A stretch of DNA of 64,000 nucleotides, from assembly GCA_030704615.1 (NCBI GenBank), contig CM060733.1, positions 13,082,001 through 13,146,000 on the forward strand, in the 5' to 3' direction. This DNA is from Takakia lepidozioides. Its lineage: Eukaryota > Plantae > Bryophyta. Each line of letters opens with the position of its first letter. Position 1 is the stretch's first letter. Positions 1 to 12,589 of the stretch are shown here, piece by piece. Under the pieces are notes generated by a model. The model was not told the origin of the DNA and did not search any database. It worked only from the letters and a program-made list of their open reading frames with translations. A program made the translations under genes and the position numbers.

Positions 1-1827
1 TACCCGAGTAGCTGCAGCAAACAGTTCCTTGCAGCCTCTCAATTTGTTTCCAACTACCATAAGGTAAGCAAAGCAAACTAGGGCCTGGAAAACAGATGTG
101 TGTCTCTCACACAAGCCATCATAAACCCGGCTGTCACAACAAAGCAAAGGTTTTCCATTGGCTGGGCCATAGCCCATTGTAGAAAACATTACACTTGTTC
201 TTCATAAATAAAGGAAGGAGAGAGGTAGGATCAAGAAAAACCATAGAGTAGTTGAGTTTTTCAACATTTTAAGATGAGTCCCTGGCAAGCAATTCCTTCC
301 CCGGCTCTGCAATCCCACTTGGCATCTAGCAGCACCTAGACATCAGTATATCAAGTGGAAGCCCTCACCTGTGCCCGTCCCAAAAACAACCACAACGCAT
401 TGTGAGTTAGTGAGGATGCACGAGGTGAATAGCAGGCTTCCACACTTGCTATCGAGGTCACATACACTTGAATCTAAGCGCAAAGAATGCCAAAGAAAGC
501 AGGGAAGCAAGACAAACAATTTTTTATTTTATTTTTTACTGTTTGGGGGAGAATCGCCATCTCTCCACAAGCCTAACCGGCAGGGAGGTCTCTGCCAGCA
601 CCACAACACTGCTACCTTAACCAAAACAAAGTCTTGCCAAGCATAAGAAAAAAGAGCTTGGTCTCAAAAGGTGGGGTTTATAAAGGGAGGGAGAGAGAGA
701 CTTCCTTGTTCTACCAAGACGCCGCCATTCATCAAAGATCCAGAGGAGGGCTCCTAGGGAAACGTCATAAGTAGGCAGGTGGTACCTCCGCCATGCCGTG
801 GTTCCCTTGTGCAGCAAAAAAACAGACAAATGAGACAGTGAATCTTCCCTCATCTCTAAGCCACCGCCACCGCCTTAAAGAGCCCGCATAGGCGGCACTC
901 ATAGGAGCCATAACTACTCAAGGATTGGCAGCTCAAGGTATCTGCAGCACGAGCACCATCGCGCGCACTCTCGCAACGCAAAAAAAAGACATTAGGGTTG
1001 CGCAGGGTTTTCCCCTGTCTGGCCCATCATTCATCATTCTTAGGATGAAAAACATCCGCCAGTCTGTTCGCCCGACGGACGTTATCCGTTTTCCATTCGC
1101 GGAAGATGAAAAATGTCGTGCGTTCATCCTGTCTTGAACTGGACGGATGCAGTCCGCTTTTCATCTAGTTTAGATGAAAAACATCGGGGTAAAAAATCTT
1201 TGTGTAGACCTGTCTTGTCCCGTATTTTAGGTCCTGACAGATGAAATCTTTTTTTCATCCAGGTTGGATTGAAAAACTAAACACTGACGGGCGTTTTGCA
1301 CTCAGTATATTCCGGGTTGGTGTCCGGATGAAGCAAAAAACCTCACAGGTATTAGTGAAGAAAAGTTTTACTAGGGAAAAAAATGTATTATGAATGAAAA
1401 ACATCTAAAATTCCATGCAACCCAATTTTTTCAATTTTTTCAAAAATGGAAGTCGGGACAACAATTCCATAAACCCAGTTTCCAGAGGGAGAGAGAGGGA
1501 GAGAGAGGGACAGAGAGAGGGAGTGAGAGTGAGAGATCAGGAAACGAAAAATAAAATAAAATAAAAAAATTGGGGGGGGGAGTGACTGAGCAGCTGTCCT
1601 CAGTAGCTGCAGCTGCAAGGTCACTCCCCCCCCCCCTCCCACATTTTTTTTTTCTTTGTTGCCCCCTCTCTCCCTTTGTCTCCCTCTCTACTGGGAATTG
1701 GCAGTTTGCTATCAGTGTTGACTTCTTGTTTTCTCATCCTCTATCGGATTAATTCTATATATGAAGGTAAGTCCTACTACCAGAGGTTGTAGAGGTTGTA
1801 GAGGTTGTTTCCTAATGAGGCTAACTT

Positions 1828-2969
1828 GTGGGTTTGCATGACAGGTGCCAGCTTATGGGGAAAGAGAAGAAGTCCCCTGCCCCAAAGAAAGGGGCGGACA
1901 ATCCGTTTGCTCTGCCGGCACGTGTGATGTGCCAGGGCGTCTCACGGTTAACCAGCCCTATTGACAGCCGCAGCCGGAGGGCTCGTCTGCCCCCCGAGGC
2001 CAGTACCCCCCCTCTTGTCCACATCTTGGATGCGCCAGGGGCCGGCTCAGCCAGCTCTCCTATTCGGGAGGTTATTGCTGAGCCGGATGCTCAGTTGAGC
2101 ACACCCCCGGCCACCAAGACGGGTGGCAAGCACATCACCCGTTCGGGGGCCCGGTATGGGCAACTTTTGGATGTCACCCCCATAACGACCCCTTCTTCCG
2201 CAGCAAAGGTGCACTTGCCAAGGCCCAACGTCACGTTCAAGGCCTTTGAAAGCCTCCATTGCTAGCCCATTGTTGTCGATGAGGGAGGAGGAGACGAGGA
2301 GGGCCAATGAAGTGGCCGAGATAGCGAAGCGCCTCAAAGAAGTCAAGCCGGGTGAGGGCTTCTACCCTGATACGCATTTGGGGGGGGCGGCAGCGGAGGT
2401 ATGGGCCGGTTTGGAGCGGCCTAGCCGATCAGCGACGCCGCCCCCTGAGCCTGAGCGGTCAGCAATGAAGGGCCTGGACTACGGGGTGCCGCCGCCGGCT
2501 ATGCTCCACATCTGGAATCTACTTCCAGTGGTGCTCCAGGAGGGGATAGCGCGGGCACATCCGGCAACGGGGACTCCTGCCACATCGGGTGACACCGGGG
2601 GCGCGTAGGACAAGCTTGCAAAGGTACAACTGTCGCACCTTGTTCCATGTTTTATCCTTTCCTTTGCATGCATGATTTTCTTTGTTGTTTGTTTCTTTTT
2701 TTGAATTTGGAGGGGTTATTTGTCTTCAGGAGGCAGCAATATGGCTGGCCTCATTGGTGCAGTCCAGTGGGGTTGCCAAAGAGGGAGAGCACGTGGTGTT
2801 CATGAAGGACCCGAACACCAAATGTAAGAAGAAGAGGCCTCGACCTCCCGAGATCCCTTTTACCATCAATGAAGGGGCTGCCGAGGAGAGAGAGAGAAGG
2901 GAGAGGGAGAAGGAGAGAGATGAAATAGCGGGGAAGGGGAAGGAGATGGTCGTGGAGAAGGGGAAGGAA

Positions 2970-3000
<31 letters not shown>

Positions 3001-4139
3001 CCCATGGAGAGGAAGGGGTGAGTGTGCATGCGGGGGAGGGCAGTGGGGTAACAAAGGAGCAGGGGAAGGAGGCTACAAAGAAGGGAGAGGGTGGGAAGAA
3101 GAACATGCCCTTGGCGATACATGACGTGGAGTTAGCAAAGATCGTGGTGCCACCGGTGGAGGTGAATCGCCATGGTGACCCCTGCGGTGCGTTCTGGGAG
3201 GCTATGAAGAAGCCAGCCTTCGAACTCGCAATGAGGTGGTTCCTTTTGCATATCGAGTGGGCTGATCAGCACTTTGGCGCGAAGCGGGCATATGCCCATG
3301 AGTTAGACCGCCGGTTTACGGGCAATTGGAGTGACACAAGGGTGATGGAGATGGTGGGGCGAAACTTGAAGGACAGGAGGTACCGTGTAAGACAGATCAT
3401 TCGGAGGGCAATGGAAAAGGGGGCCATACCCAAACCACCTCATGGAATTACACGGGTTGGCAAATCCTGAATCATGTCACATTCCATTTGTCGCATGTGC
3501 ATTAATGAGGTGGATTCGATGCAACGTATGTGTGTAATTCACTAATTGTTGGGGGGGGGGGGGGGGGGGGGCATAGGTATCGTGGGATGCACTCATTGCG
3601 GGAGAGAATGATGCCGCAAACAAGGCCAAATTTGACCGGGCACGCGAAGCAACAACAGTCCGCCTTGACAAGCACGAATCCACACACAAGTGGGGCGCCG
3701 ACAGATCCAAGGGTTTTATCTTGCGATTTGTAAGTCGTACTTCCCTATGGATTTTGTTATGTCTTCTTTCTGGCTCCATCATCGCAAAGAACTGACTTTA
3801 ATTTGTGGCATGTATAGCAACGCGCGTTTGAGAGGAAGCCATCTCCGGTAGAGTACAACTAAGGAGCATGGTTGGCAATCCCTCATGAAGAACATGGCCA
3901 ACACGGAGGGGATGAGTGCACTACAGGGCACTAGTATGGATGAGGTCGGGGGTCATGGCCAGGGATTGGATGAGAGCTCTATGGGACTTGGGGGAACGCC
4001 GCCTCATTTAGGTGCTTTAGCAAAGGGTGCGGAGTCATCAGGCTCACCTTTGAGTCCTCCACTGAGGATGAGGATGAGGATGAGGATGACTAGTCCTAGT
4101 CCACGTAGGTCCCAGGGTCAGCCTACTGAACCCTTGTGA
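1828..4139 (+). pseudogene. CACTA (En/Spm) TnpA/ORF2-like spliced gene (Ptta/En/Spm, Transposase_24-like), probably degraded
   Basis: Lys/Glu-rich segment, then VEVNRHGDPCG...W...PKPPHGIT and a later exon with KQQQ...NPHTSG, typical of En/Spm ORF2 proteins. GT-AG introns at about 2623-2729, 3456-3576 and 3731-3817. Lies directly upstream of CACTA subterminal repeats and a TIR. Confidence 0.6.
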
Positions 4140-4374
4140 GCTTTTCAGCTCATTTCCTGTAAATATATTTCCATATTTTCATCTTCCAGCTTATTCATGT
4201 GTCGCACTGTCCTCACCCTCGATTCATGCTTGCTCAATTGTGTACCTGCTAAATCAGAGAAATGGAACTGTAAGGTCTTCCATCCCAAAAACAAAACAGG
4301 CAAAAACAAAAACCACCCCCAATTCACCCCCAAAATCAACCCCCAACCCCCCCTCCCCCCACCAGGCTGCCCCA

Positions 4375-5062
4375 GCGACTGCAGGACGTCGCATTGGCGA
4401 CATGCTTTTTGGTTGGGGGTCGCAAGCCACGACGGTCGGGCGTCACAAATCCCATTTGCGGGCGGCAACGCCGACACCCCCTGCGAGGTGTTTTTTTGGT
4501 CCGGGGGTCGCCACCCTGCCCCTGCCTACGCCACGTCTTTTTTTTTGGATTAAATATAAAAAAAACGACGCCAGAGCGTCGCGAAAACCCACGCCCGGGC
4601 GTGGCGGAGCCTGACTCCTGCTCCTGCTGTTTTTTTTTTTGCCACGCCCCAATAGTCGCTTGCAGCGACGCACTGGCGTCGTTTGGTGTACCCACCCGGC
4701 TTTACGCCACGTGTTTTTTGGTTAAGGATGAGACTCTCGGCAGGTTAGAAAGAAAAGGGATGCGACGCCGCGCCGTCACCCCCACCAACGCCGTCGGCTG
4801 GAGGGCCGCGACGGCGAGACGTCGCTCGAAAAAGGCCCCTGTCATTGGCGCGGACGACCTGAAAAGCGACGTCCGGTAGTTGCGGGAGTTGGGGCGGGGG
4901 CTCGCAACCCCCATACTTCGCATTTTGGCGACGTCATTTTGGCGACGCCCATGCGACTGCCGGGCGTTGCAAATTCTGTGCCTGCCCCCTGCCCGAAATG
5001 GGTGTTTTCCCGACGCTGCGGCGTGGCTCGGGCGTCGCAAAGGCCCCCCTTTTCATGTAGTG
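4375..5062 (+). mobile_element. Right end of CACTA transposon B: GCGACG/CGTCGC subterminal repeats plus TIR
   Basis: Dense GCGAC(G)/CGTCGC motifs in both orientations over 4375-5040, ending in CCCCCTTTTCATGTAGTG (reverse complement CACTACATGAAAAGGGGG) at 5062. The left end is not in the window. Confidence 0.8.
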
Positions 5063-5489
5063 AGATGGCACGCGTTATGAGCCCCTGGGTTTGGTCACCA
5101 TCCCTATTAAGGTCAGTTGCAAGTCGGTCACACGGACTTGCATAGTTACCATTGGCGAGCAATTGCTGTTAGGCTTGGATTGGATGTGTGCTGGAGGGGC
5201 CAAGATTGATGTGGTTGAAAACATCAAGTGGCTTGCCAGTGGCAGCTCCTCACCCCACAAGGTGCAGTTCAGCTTTGTCTCCTTGCCTGCTGGTTGTGCC
5301 ACTACGCATCTCTCTCACATGCGCACCATTGTTGCTGAAACAAGACGGCAGGCTGGTGAGCAATACAACTGGACACGTTACTTTAACTTTGCCAAGACGG
5401 CTCCTTCCACCTTGTATCAGTGGCAGCCACCTTTGCCTGGTAAGAAGAGTGGCCCTCCCATTCCAATCCCAGGTAATACCACTCTTCTT

Positions 5490-5750
5490 CGCAATCCCAC
5501 TGACTTTGTTACACCTGCCTCATCCCAAAGGATTTTTTCTCTTGGCCTCACCTTTCTTGGTCCACAAGGTAGTTATCTTGAAGTTGAGGGATGCAAATGC
5601 TTGATGCTTTCCAAACATTGCTTGATTGCATCTGGGGTACTGGATCGGGGCTTTTGAGGGGAGCTCAGACTTCTTGTTGCCAACCCAGAACGCATACCAA
5701 TCACCATCCGCAAGGGTCAGGTCCTAGCACGCCTCACTGCCACCCCATTG
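5490..5750 (+). pseudogene. dUTPase domain within the Gypsy pol
   Basis: Reading through one TGA (5655-5657) gives SLGLTFLGPQGSYLEVEGCKCLMLSKHCLIASGVLDRGF*GELRLLVANPERIPITIRKGQVLARLT. This matches trimeric dUTPase motif III (GVIDxDYRGE) and motif IV (IxKGDRIAQL). Confidence 0.75.
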
Positions 5751-7529
5751 ACAGATTTGGGAGAGGTGCAACATGATTTAAGTTTTGCTGACATTGGCCT
5801 GTCTGATGATCCTGTAGATCAATTGCATCTCTTGGCGCAATCCATGGCTGCACCTAAGGTCCGCCCCTCACTCCTGCGCAATCTGCTCATCTTGATCAGG
5901 TCACGACTGATATCAAAATGGGCTCTAGTCTCACTAAAAATGAAAGGTCTCGTCTATATCATGTTATTCGTGACAATCTAGATGTTTTCAGTGCCGGTTC
6001 ACTGTGATGTTTCAAAAAGCAACGCCCTGAGCATATTGGGACATCCCTACAAGACGCACAAAAATACCTTTGTTGGGTCGTACCGATGTTCTCCATCATG
6101 ACATTGTCACTGAGGGTAGCCCTGTCAAACAATATGCTTATAGAGAAAGCATCAAAGAGCGCGAAATTATGCATAACCGAATTGACCAAGATGCTTGATG
6201 CATGAGTTATTAAACCCTATATTTCCCCCTGGGCCAACCCCATCGTGTTGGTTGCCAAGAAAGATGGTACCACCCGTTTCTGTGTTGACTTCCGACGTCT
6301 AAATGCCCTAACCAAAAAGGATGTATATCCCTTACTTCGCATTAATGATACTTTGGATCAACTCAATGGTGCCTCTCTCTTCTCTTCCTTGGATCTTGCT
6401 GCGGGCTTTTGGCAGGTTCCACTCACAGAGTCAGCCAAGGAGAAAACTGCGTGCACCTGCCTCCCAAGCCTGCGTCGGAATCGCAAGGTTCAATAACAGT
6501 ACATATTGGGATAGTAGTTGGAGGAGGGGCGGTTGCTGACATTAAGATGGGCCTCTTTCAGTTTGAAACCATGCCTTTTGGATTATGTAATGCCACTGCC
6601 ACCTTTCAACGTCTCATGGATGTCGTTCTAGGGAACTTGCGCTAAGAATGTGCATTTGTATATATTGATGACATCAACGTTTACTCAGCTGACTTTGATT
6701 CTCACATGTTGGATCTGATGCGAGTTCTGTGCAAGCTTAGAGGAGTAGGCCTCAAAGTGAAAGCCAAGAAATGTGATCTGTGCATGACGAAGCTTCATTT
6801 TCTTGGCCATCTTCTCTCAGCTAAAGGCATTAGCCCTGACCCTGCCAAAATTCAGGCTGTCTGGGAATATCCCACTCCATGTGACAAAAATTGTGTCCGT
6901 GCTTTCCTTGGGTTAGCCTCTTACTATCGTCGTTTCATTAAACACTTTGCTCACATTGCTGCTGCGCTTAATCAGTTGTTATGCAAAGATGTTCGCTTTC
7001 TTTGGGGCCAGTCCCAAATCACTGCTTTCGAGAAACTCAAAATAGCCCTCACCAGTGCACCCATTCTAGTCTTTCCTAATTTTTCACTGTCCTTTATTCT
7101 TTAGATTGATGCCTCTGACCTGGTTGTTTCAGCTATTCTAGATTGAATTGTACCTTTCTCCTTCTAGTTCTGGTTTTGGCACTGAATCCTCTCCATAGGG
7201 AAATCTGCTTATGTGCTTCATTGTCCTTGGTTGCATCTTCATGGAGTCTCCCTTGTCATTCAGTTGAGCTAAAAGCCTTCCCATGGAGATCACTGAGGCG
7301 GACACTCCATTATGCTCACACTAACCCAAGGGCTGGCTATGGCAACTGCAACCATGGAGGACCTACTTCATCAAGCCCTCCTCCAGAAGTGTAAGACCAA
7401 CACTCATCTGTCGGGCCTCTCGTCCTGTCTCCTCAGGCAAGTCAGCTATCATCTCCCCTCTCATAGGGAGCATGACGGTAAGTTGGTTAAGGTAGTTCAT
7501 GTTCATGGGCAAGAGACTGCCGTGGAGGT

Positions 7530-8695
7530 CCCTACTAGGAGCTCTATGCCTGCATTGCTTGAACTTTACCATTGCTCACTATATGCTGGTCATTTAGGCA
7601 TTGACAAAACTGTCAAGAGACTCCTCCAGGAAAAATACCATTGGAAGGGGTTAACTAAGGATGTGGCAGATTTCATTTCTAAGTGTGTTCTATGTAAGTC
7701 TAAAACACTGCTGCCTAGGACCATCGCTCCTCTTAAATTACAACCAATTCCGGTGACTGAGTTGTTTGCCCGAGTTGGTCTTGATCTTGTTGGACCCCTC
7801 AAAACTACGACTAAGGGCAATAGCTACATTGGTGTGGCTACTGATTACCTGTCTAAGTGGGTTGAGATCCGACCATTGGTTGCTAAGGATAGTGACGAGG
7901 TGGTTCAATTCTTCTTTGATGAAATCCTGGTACGCCAGGGTTGTCCCCTTGAAATTTTAACTGATCAGGGTACGGAGTTTTGTAACCAGCTGATGGAGGT
8001 TGTGTGCTTTAATTTAGATGTCAAGCATCGCTTGACTGCTCCCTACAACCCCCAGTGCAATGGGCTTACAGAGAGATTCAACAAAACCATGTGCCAGTTG
8101 TTAGAAAAGAACGGGGCTCTCACTGAAGAATGAGATGTTACTCAACCCATTCTCATATTTGCCTACAGGACCTCGGTACATGCCAGCACTCGCTTTTCTC
8201 CTTTTGAATTATTGTATGGCCGCAAGGCTCGCACCCCTCTTCATGTCCCTGTGCTTCAAACTCAGGTTGAGGAGCCCATCATATGGGAAGAATTTCTTAC
8301 TCAACTCACTTCTCATCGTTTGCGTTTATTAGAAACTGCTAAACACAACATTCAGGTTTCTCACGTTGCTCAGGCCCAACCGTAGGGTTGTTTACTTTGA
8401 ATTTTTTTCTCTAGGCCAGACTGTTTGTGTTCGGTTGCAGCCTGGCAAACAGGTCACCAAGTCCAAGATGCGGATCGATGGGCCTTATCTGATTCATGCG
8501 ATTTTGCCTGGTCGACAATACCGTCTTCTTCCTCAACATCCTTCTACGGCGGAGACTGCAGGGACTGTTCATGTTTCCCAACTTGTCCCTTCTAAGCTGC
8601 AGTTTGATTTGACCTGCCTCAACGTGGAGAATCGTCATGTGGTTTTAACTCCCAAGAAGCGTGCTCGGCTTGATTCTGCTTCAGTTGCTACCTAG
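7530..8695 (+). pseudogene. Retrotransposon integrase (rve core plus GPY/F tail), disrupted
   Basis: H..GHLG..KT...YHWKG...C..C, D,D(35)E core motifs, stop at 8131-8133, and GPY...HVSQL in 8366..8695. Confidence 0.9.
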
Positions 8696-9475
8696 ACTTA
8701 CTCATGACACTATATTTTATTCAGCTGGTCCCTACCTTGGATCCATCTCATTTCTCTTTGTAGTTCTCCAGGTTGCACACCTCACAAGATGTGGTTTTTC
8801 CCCAACAAGGTTTTGTCCTTCGCTCAAGTTGCAGAGCAAGATTTTCCTTGTTGCGGTTTTTTCATCCTATCTTGGAGTGACCTTGAGCGACACTGCTCCC
8901 TGTCTTGAGCATAGTGTTTGTTAGATGGCTCGCTGGAGCTCGCTCCTCTGTGTGCCATGAGGCTTTATATATATAATGGCTAGATTCCCTCTAGATACCT
9001 TTTTGACATTTGGATGGACAGACGCTGGATGATGACCGTCGGAAAAGGGCTTGGATGAAACCAGCTGGAAACACTTTATTTTGAAACTAAGTATTGTCTT
9101 ATATTAACAGCTAGCTTATCTTTAAAATAAAATGAGGTGGCGTCCTATCTGGACAGACACCCAGATGGAATCCAAATAACCAATCAGGGCTTGCCACCTG
9201 GTTAGATGAGATTGTGGGCCTTCATTTATAAAAGAGATCAGCACGACGCTTAAGGCAGCGGTGTACGTTTGGTGTGTAAATCCTAGTGTACCTGTGTGAG
9301 AGATTTGGATGAAGAAGGTGTGAGTGAGGATGTGCTGCTAACCCATGTGAATGATTTTGACTCCTCTGGATCCTGCCTATCTCGCTAGCCTGCTTTATCG
9401 AGCACACATCCCCGTGATAGCTCAATACTCGTAGATGAAGAGGAATAACGGGGTGGGCGAGAATCTGGCTTTACA

Positions 9476-10243
9476 CGCCTAGGCGTCGTATCTCGCACCA
9501 CAGGGTGGGAAAAAAAAAAAAAAAAAAAAAAAAACACTTCGCATTTTGATTGCGATGCCCAGGGCGTCGCATTTGAGTTTTTTTTGGTTGATAACTCATC
9601 TGCGGCGTCGCTACAAATGACTTGATCATTTTTTGGTTTCTAGAATGCAGGAAAAGCGACGCTTATATTTGAGCGACACTAGGAGTGTCGCTTTGAGGTC
9701 GCGACGATCAACGCTCGCATGAACTACCTTATGTACAATTAAATCATAAGTTTGTGTGTAAGTTCGGTAAGCGAATGTTGGTTAGTGTGAAGTGTTTTAC
9801 TATGTGTATAATCTAGAGGTCTTGAGTTCAAATTTGTCTAACAATATGTTGAATGAGTTAAGAACTGAACATGTATCGGCTACTTGCAAAACCATGTTGA
9901 AGGGTTAGGTTTCACACTACGTGGTTAATGTGTGTCCCGCCAATTTTTGAACCATGCGCAATCCCACCTTTTTTGGAACTATGTGGATCCCGCCAATCAA
10001 AATTCATTTTAAAAAAAAAAAAAAACCTGTATGGCCATTTTGCGATGCCATGGACGTCGCAACAGGGAATTTTCAGGGGGTTGGATCTGCGACCCCCTTG
10101 GCGTCACATTAAGTCTTACATTTTGCGACAGCCCCATAGCGACGCATCTCAGATTTGCGATTTCCTCGGGGCTGGAAAATCGCCATTAGTGACGCCAGGG
10201 GCGTCACTAGAGCGTCACTAACCCCCCCCCAAATGGTGTAGTG
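9476..10243 (+). mobile_element. Right end of CACTA transposon A (outer element)
   Basis: GCGAC/GTCGC subterminal repeats ending in CCCCAAATGGTGTAGTG (reverse complement CACTACACCATTTGGGG) at 10243. Confidence 0.8.
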
Positions 10244-11335
10244 TATACACCTCATGAATGGGTATTGCCACAACCTTATAAGCTGCCAAGATCCGTCCCT
10301 TCTTGATAGTAATAGGTAGGGGAAGATTTTGGGTGGGCCTAGGTCTTAGTGTAGAATAGGAGTAGGGTGCCATGGTGCCTCGTCATCTTCCCCACATCAT
10401 CGTCATTTTTTTGGGCTGTCAAACAAAAACAAAACAAAACAAAACAAAACAACTAGTCTTGCGTAACCTATGGGGGTCGCTTCACCCTGAAAGGCTACCA
10501 CTTTCTTTCGATGATGCTTGAATCAGACAAAAGTTTCCTAAACAACATTCATAATCCAAACCTGCTTAATGAATCCATACCAAATGCAGTCCATCTTTTC
10601 ATAAAACTTGAATAGACACCATCAACAAATTAACAATTCATTGCGTGCCGTATTTTCTAGACGTTGTTGTCCGAAGTCGTCATTAGTGCGGAGCAATGCG
10701 TGGCCCCGGTACACCGACTCACTTTAAAAAATGCACGGTGTCACATGGCCCGGTGCAGCGTGCATGATGTTTTTATTTCTCAATTTAAAATATATATAAA
10801 TGACTTGATGAATTGCACCTCACCATGTGACGCATCGCGAAGCACCATGCCTTCATCCATGAATACACTATCATTTTGAAGTCATGGTCGTGACTTTTCA
10901 ACTGCACATAGTGATATATTGTATGACATTTTATGGCCCATACTTCTTTGAGTCAAGGTTGACATCGTCATAAAAACCATATATAGAAAGCTTGACGATG
11001 ATTAAATTCACTCTTAGTGTACCGTGAATCAGTCCTCATTGAAAACCCTCCCATTAAACAATCCAAAGGCCATGATATAATAAAATAAGATGTCGATGAT
11101 CAAATGAGAATGGATTATATGGCTTGAGAGGATACTCATCCACAATAAATATCCCACTCCATACTTTGTGGGCAGTAATAATTAATTGGGGAATGGTTAC
11201 AAAGAGAGAGAGAGAGAGAGCAGTGGGGGGAGCCAAAGGGGGGAAGGCTCAACCACATTGAAATTGAGCAATGTTGAGCATTTACCATTCATACTAGTGT
11301 GGCTTGTGCCATCGAGCACATAGTGTACCGTAAGT

Positions 11336-11518
11336 CCACCTCGATGCACCCCTACTCATTGAGGGCTTTTAGCGGTATTAGGAACTTGAGCGGAGGCCTT
11401 GCTATTTCTCATGAATTTCCAGTGACAAAAAATACTTTAAATTCAACATCTCACACACCTTGCCCAGGTTCTTAATACCATTGGAAAGCCCTCGATGAGT
11501 GGGGGTGCATCAAGATGG
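11336..11518. repeat. Imperfect inverted repeat with ~56-bp arms, probably a DNA transposon/MITE remnant
   Basis: 11336-11391 CCACCTCGATGCACCCCTACTCATTGAGGGCTTT... matches the reverse complement of 11462-11518 (CCATCTTGATGCACCCCCACTCATCGAGGGCTTT...). Confidence 0.75.
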
Positions 11519-12589
11519 TTTCATATTTTTGGACCTACGTCGTTTGGGAGATCTCAACATGACAAATAAAACAAACTACATTGTTTAATATATTGATGGT
11601 CCATTAGGGGATCTCCTTCGACTTTGGCGTCATAAACACAAAGAGGGGAACATCTAGATAACAAACCTCACGAAAGAATTCTCAACACATAACATGACCG
11701 AAATCATGTTCGACCCATTACATATATCTTACCCTCACCATTGGCATCAACTAATGGAGCGCAAAGTTAGCTGTCCATTAAGAGCAAGATTAAGAGCTAT
11801 AAAGTGTAGCTTTCACATCCGCTAAGAATTTCAATCCCACTAGACCGAAGTCATTGCGGAGAAAATACTCTAATCATAATGATGTATCCTACAAATATCC
11901 TCAAAGACATTCTCACTACCATTTCTAAGAGAAAATTGAGCAAATATGCACTAAGAGCCTCCTCACAAGTGTTGAATGCCATTGCATCAACATCTATGGG
12001 CGATTGATAATATTAATTTTGGCCTAACATGAGATATACCAATAAAAAATTAATTCACGGGAGGAAATTGGAACACAACATAAACTTCAGAGTGACAAAA
12101 CCTACTAATTACCACCTTCAGACTGTAATATTAACATATAATCTAAGATGCGACAATAATGTATAGACTTTCCACACTGTTCATATACCATACATTACAA
12201 CACAATTTTGGGTTCATATATGGACTGTACTCTAAAATAGTGCATCAATAAGGCTAGATAGACAACTTCTACACCATGTCAACAATATACCCAACCATAT
12301 ATTATGGTCATAACCGTTAACACAAACCAAATATGTATGATAGCTTGTGATTTCAAAATTAATGTGACATAATTCAATAGATGCATCCTTTCACACTACT
12401 GTGAGCTCAATAGACACATCTTTACACATCCTTTCTATCACTACTGTCTATAATCAACACGTGTCCAATCATTAATCATTCATCAAATCTTTTTCTTAAC
12501 CATGTTACTTTATACCCTAATTAGTAATATTGTGGGGAATTTTTGGTGATGAGTGATGTGTATAAAAACAATCTATAAATAAAAGAGAA

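Larger units (their letters stand above)
5063..9475 (+). mobile_element. Degenerate Ty3/Gypsy LTR retrotransposon, 5'-truncated (PR tail-dUTPase-RT-RH remnant-INT, probable 3' LTR)
   Basis: LLLGLDW (protease C-terminus); [24 protein letters not shown] and YIDD at 6661 (RT); integrase HHCC zinc finger, GLDLVGPL, TDQGTEF, NGLTERFN and a GPY module. RT-RH-INT order. Stops and frameshifts present. The putative LTR ends in CTTTACA at 9475, where CACTA repeats resume; the LTR start is not resolved. Confidence 0.9.

Noticed and set aside
1040-1340. Possible 5' LTR matching 9005-9210
   Set aside because: Only short GATG(A/G)A motifs are shared; no collinear alignment was seen.
4197-5145. Many overlapping Arg/Gly-rich ORFs
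   Set aside because: Products of GC-rich CACTA subterminal repeats, with no protein motifs.
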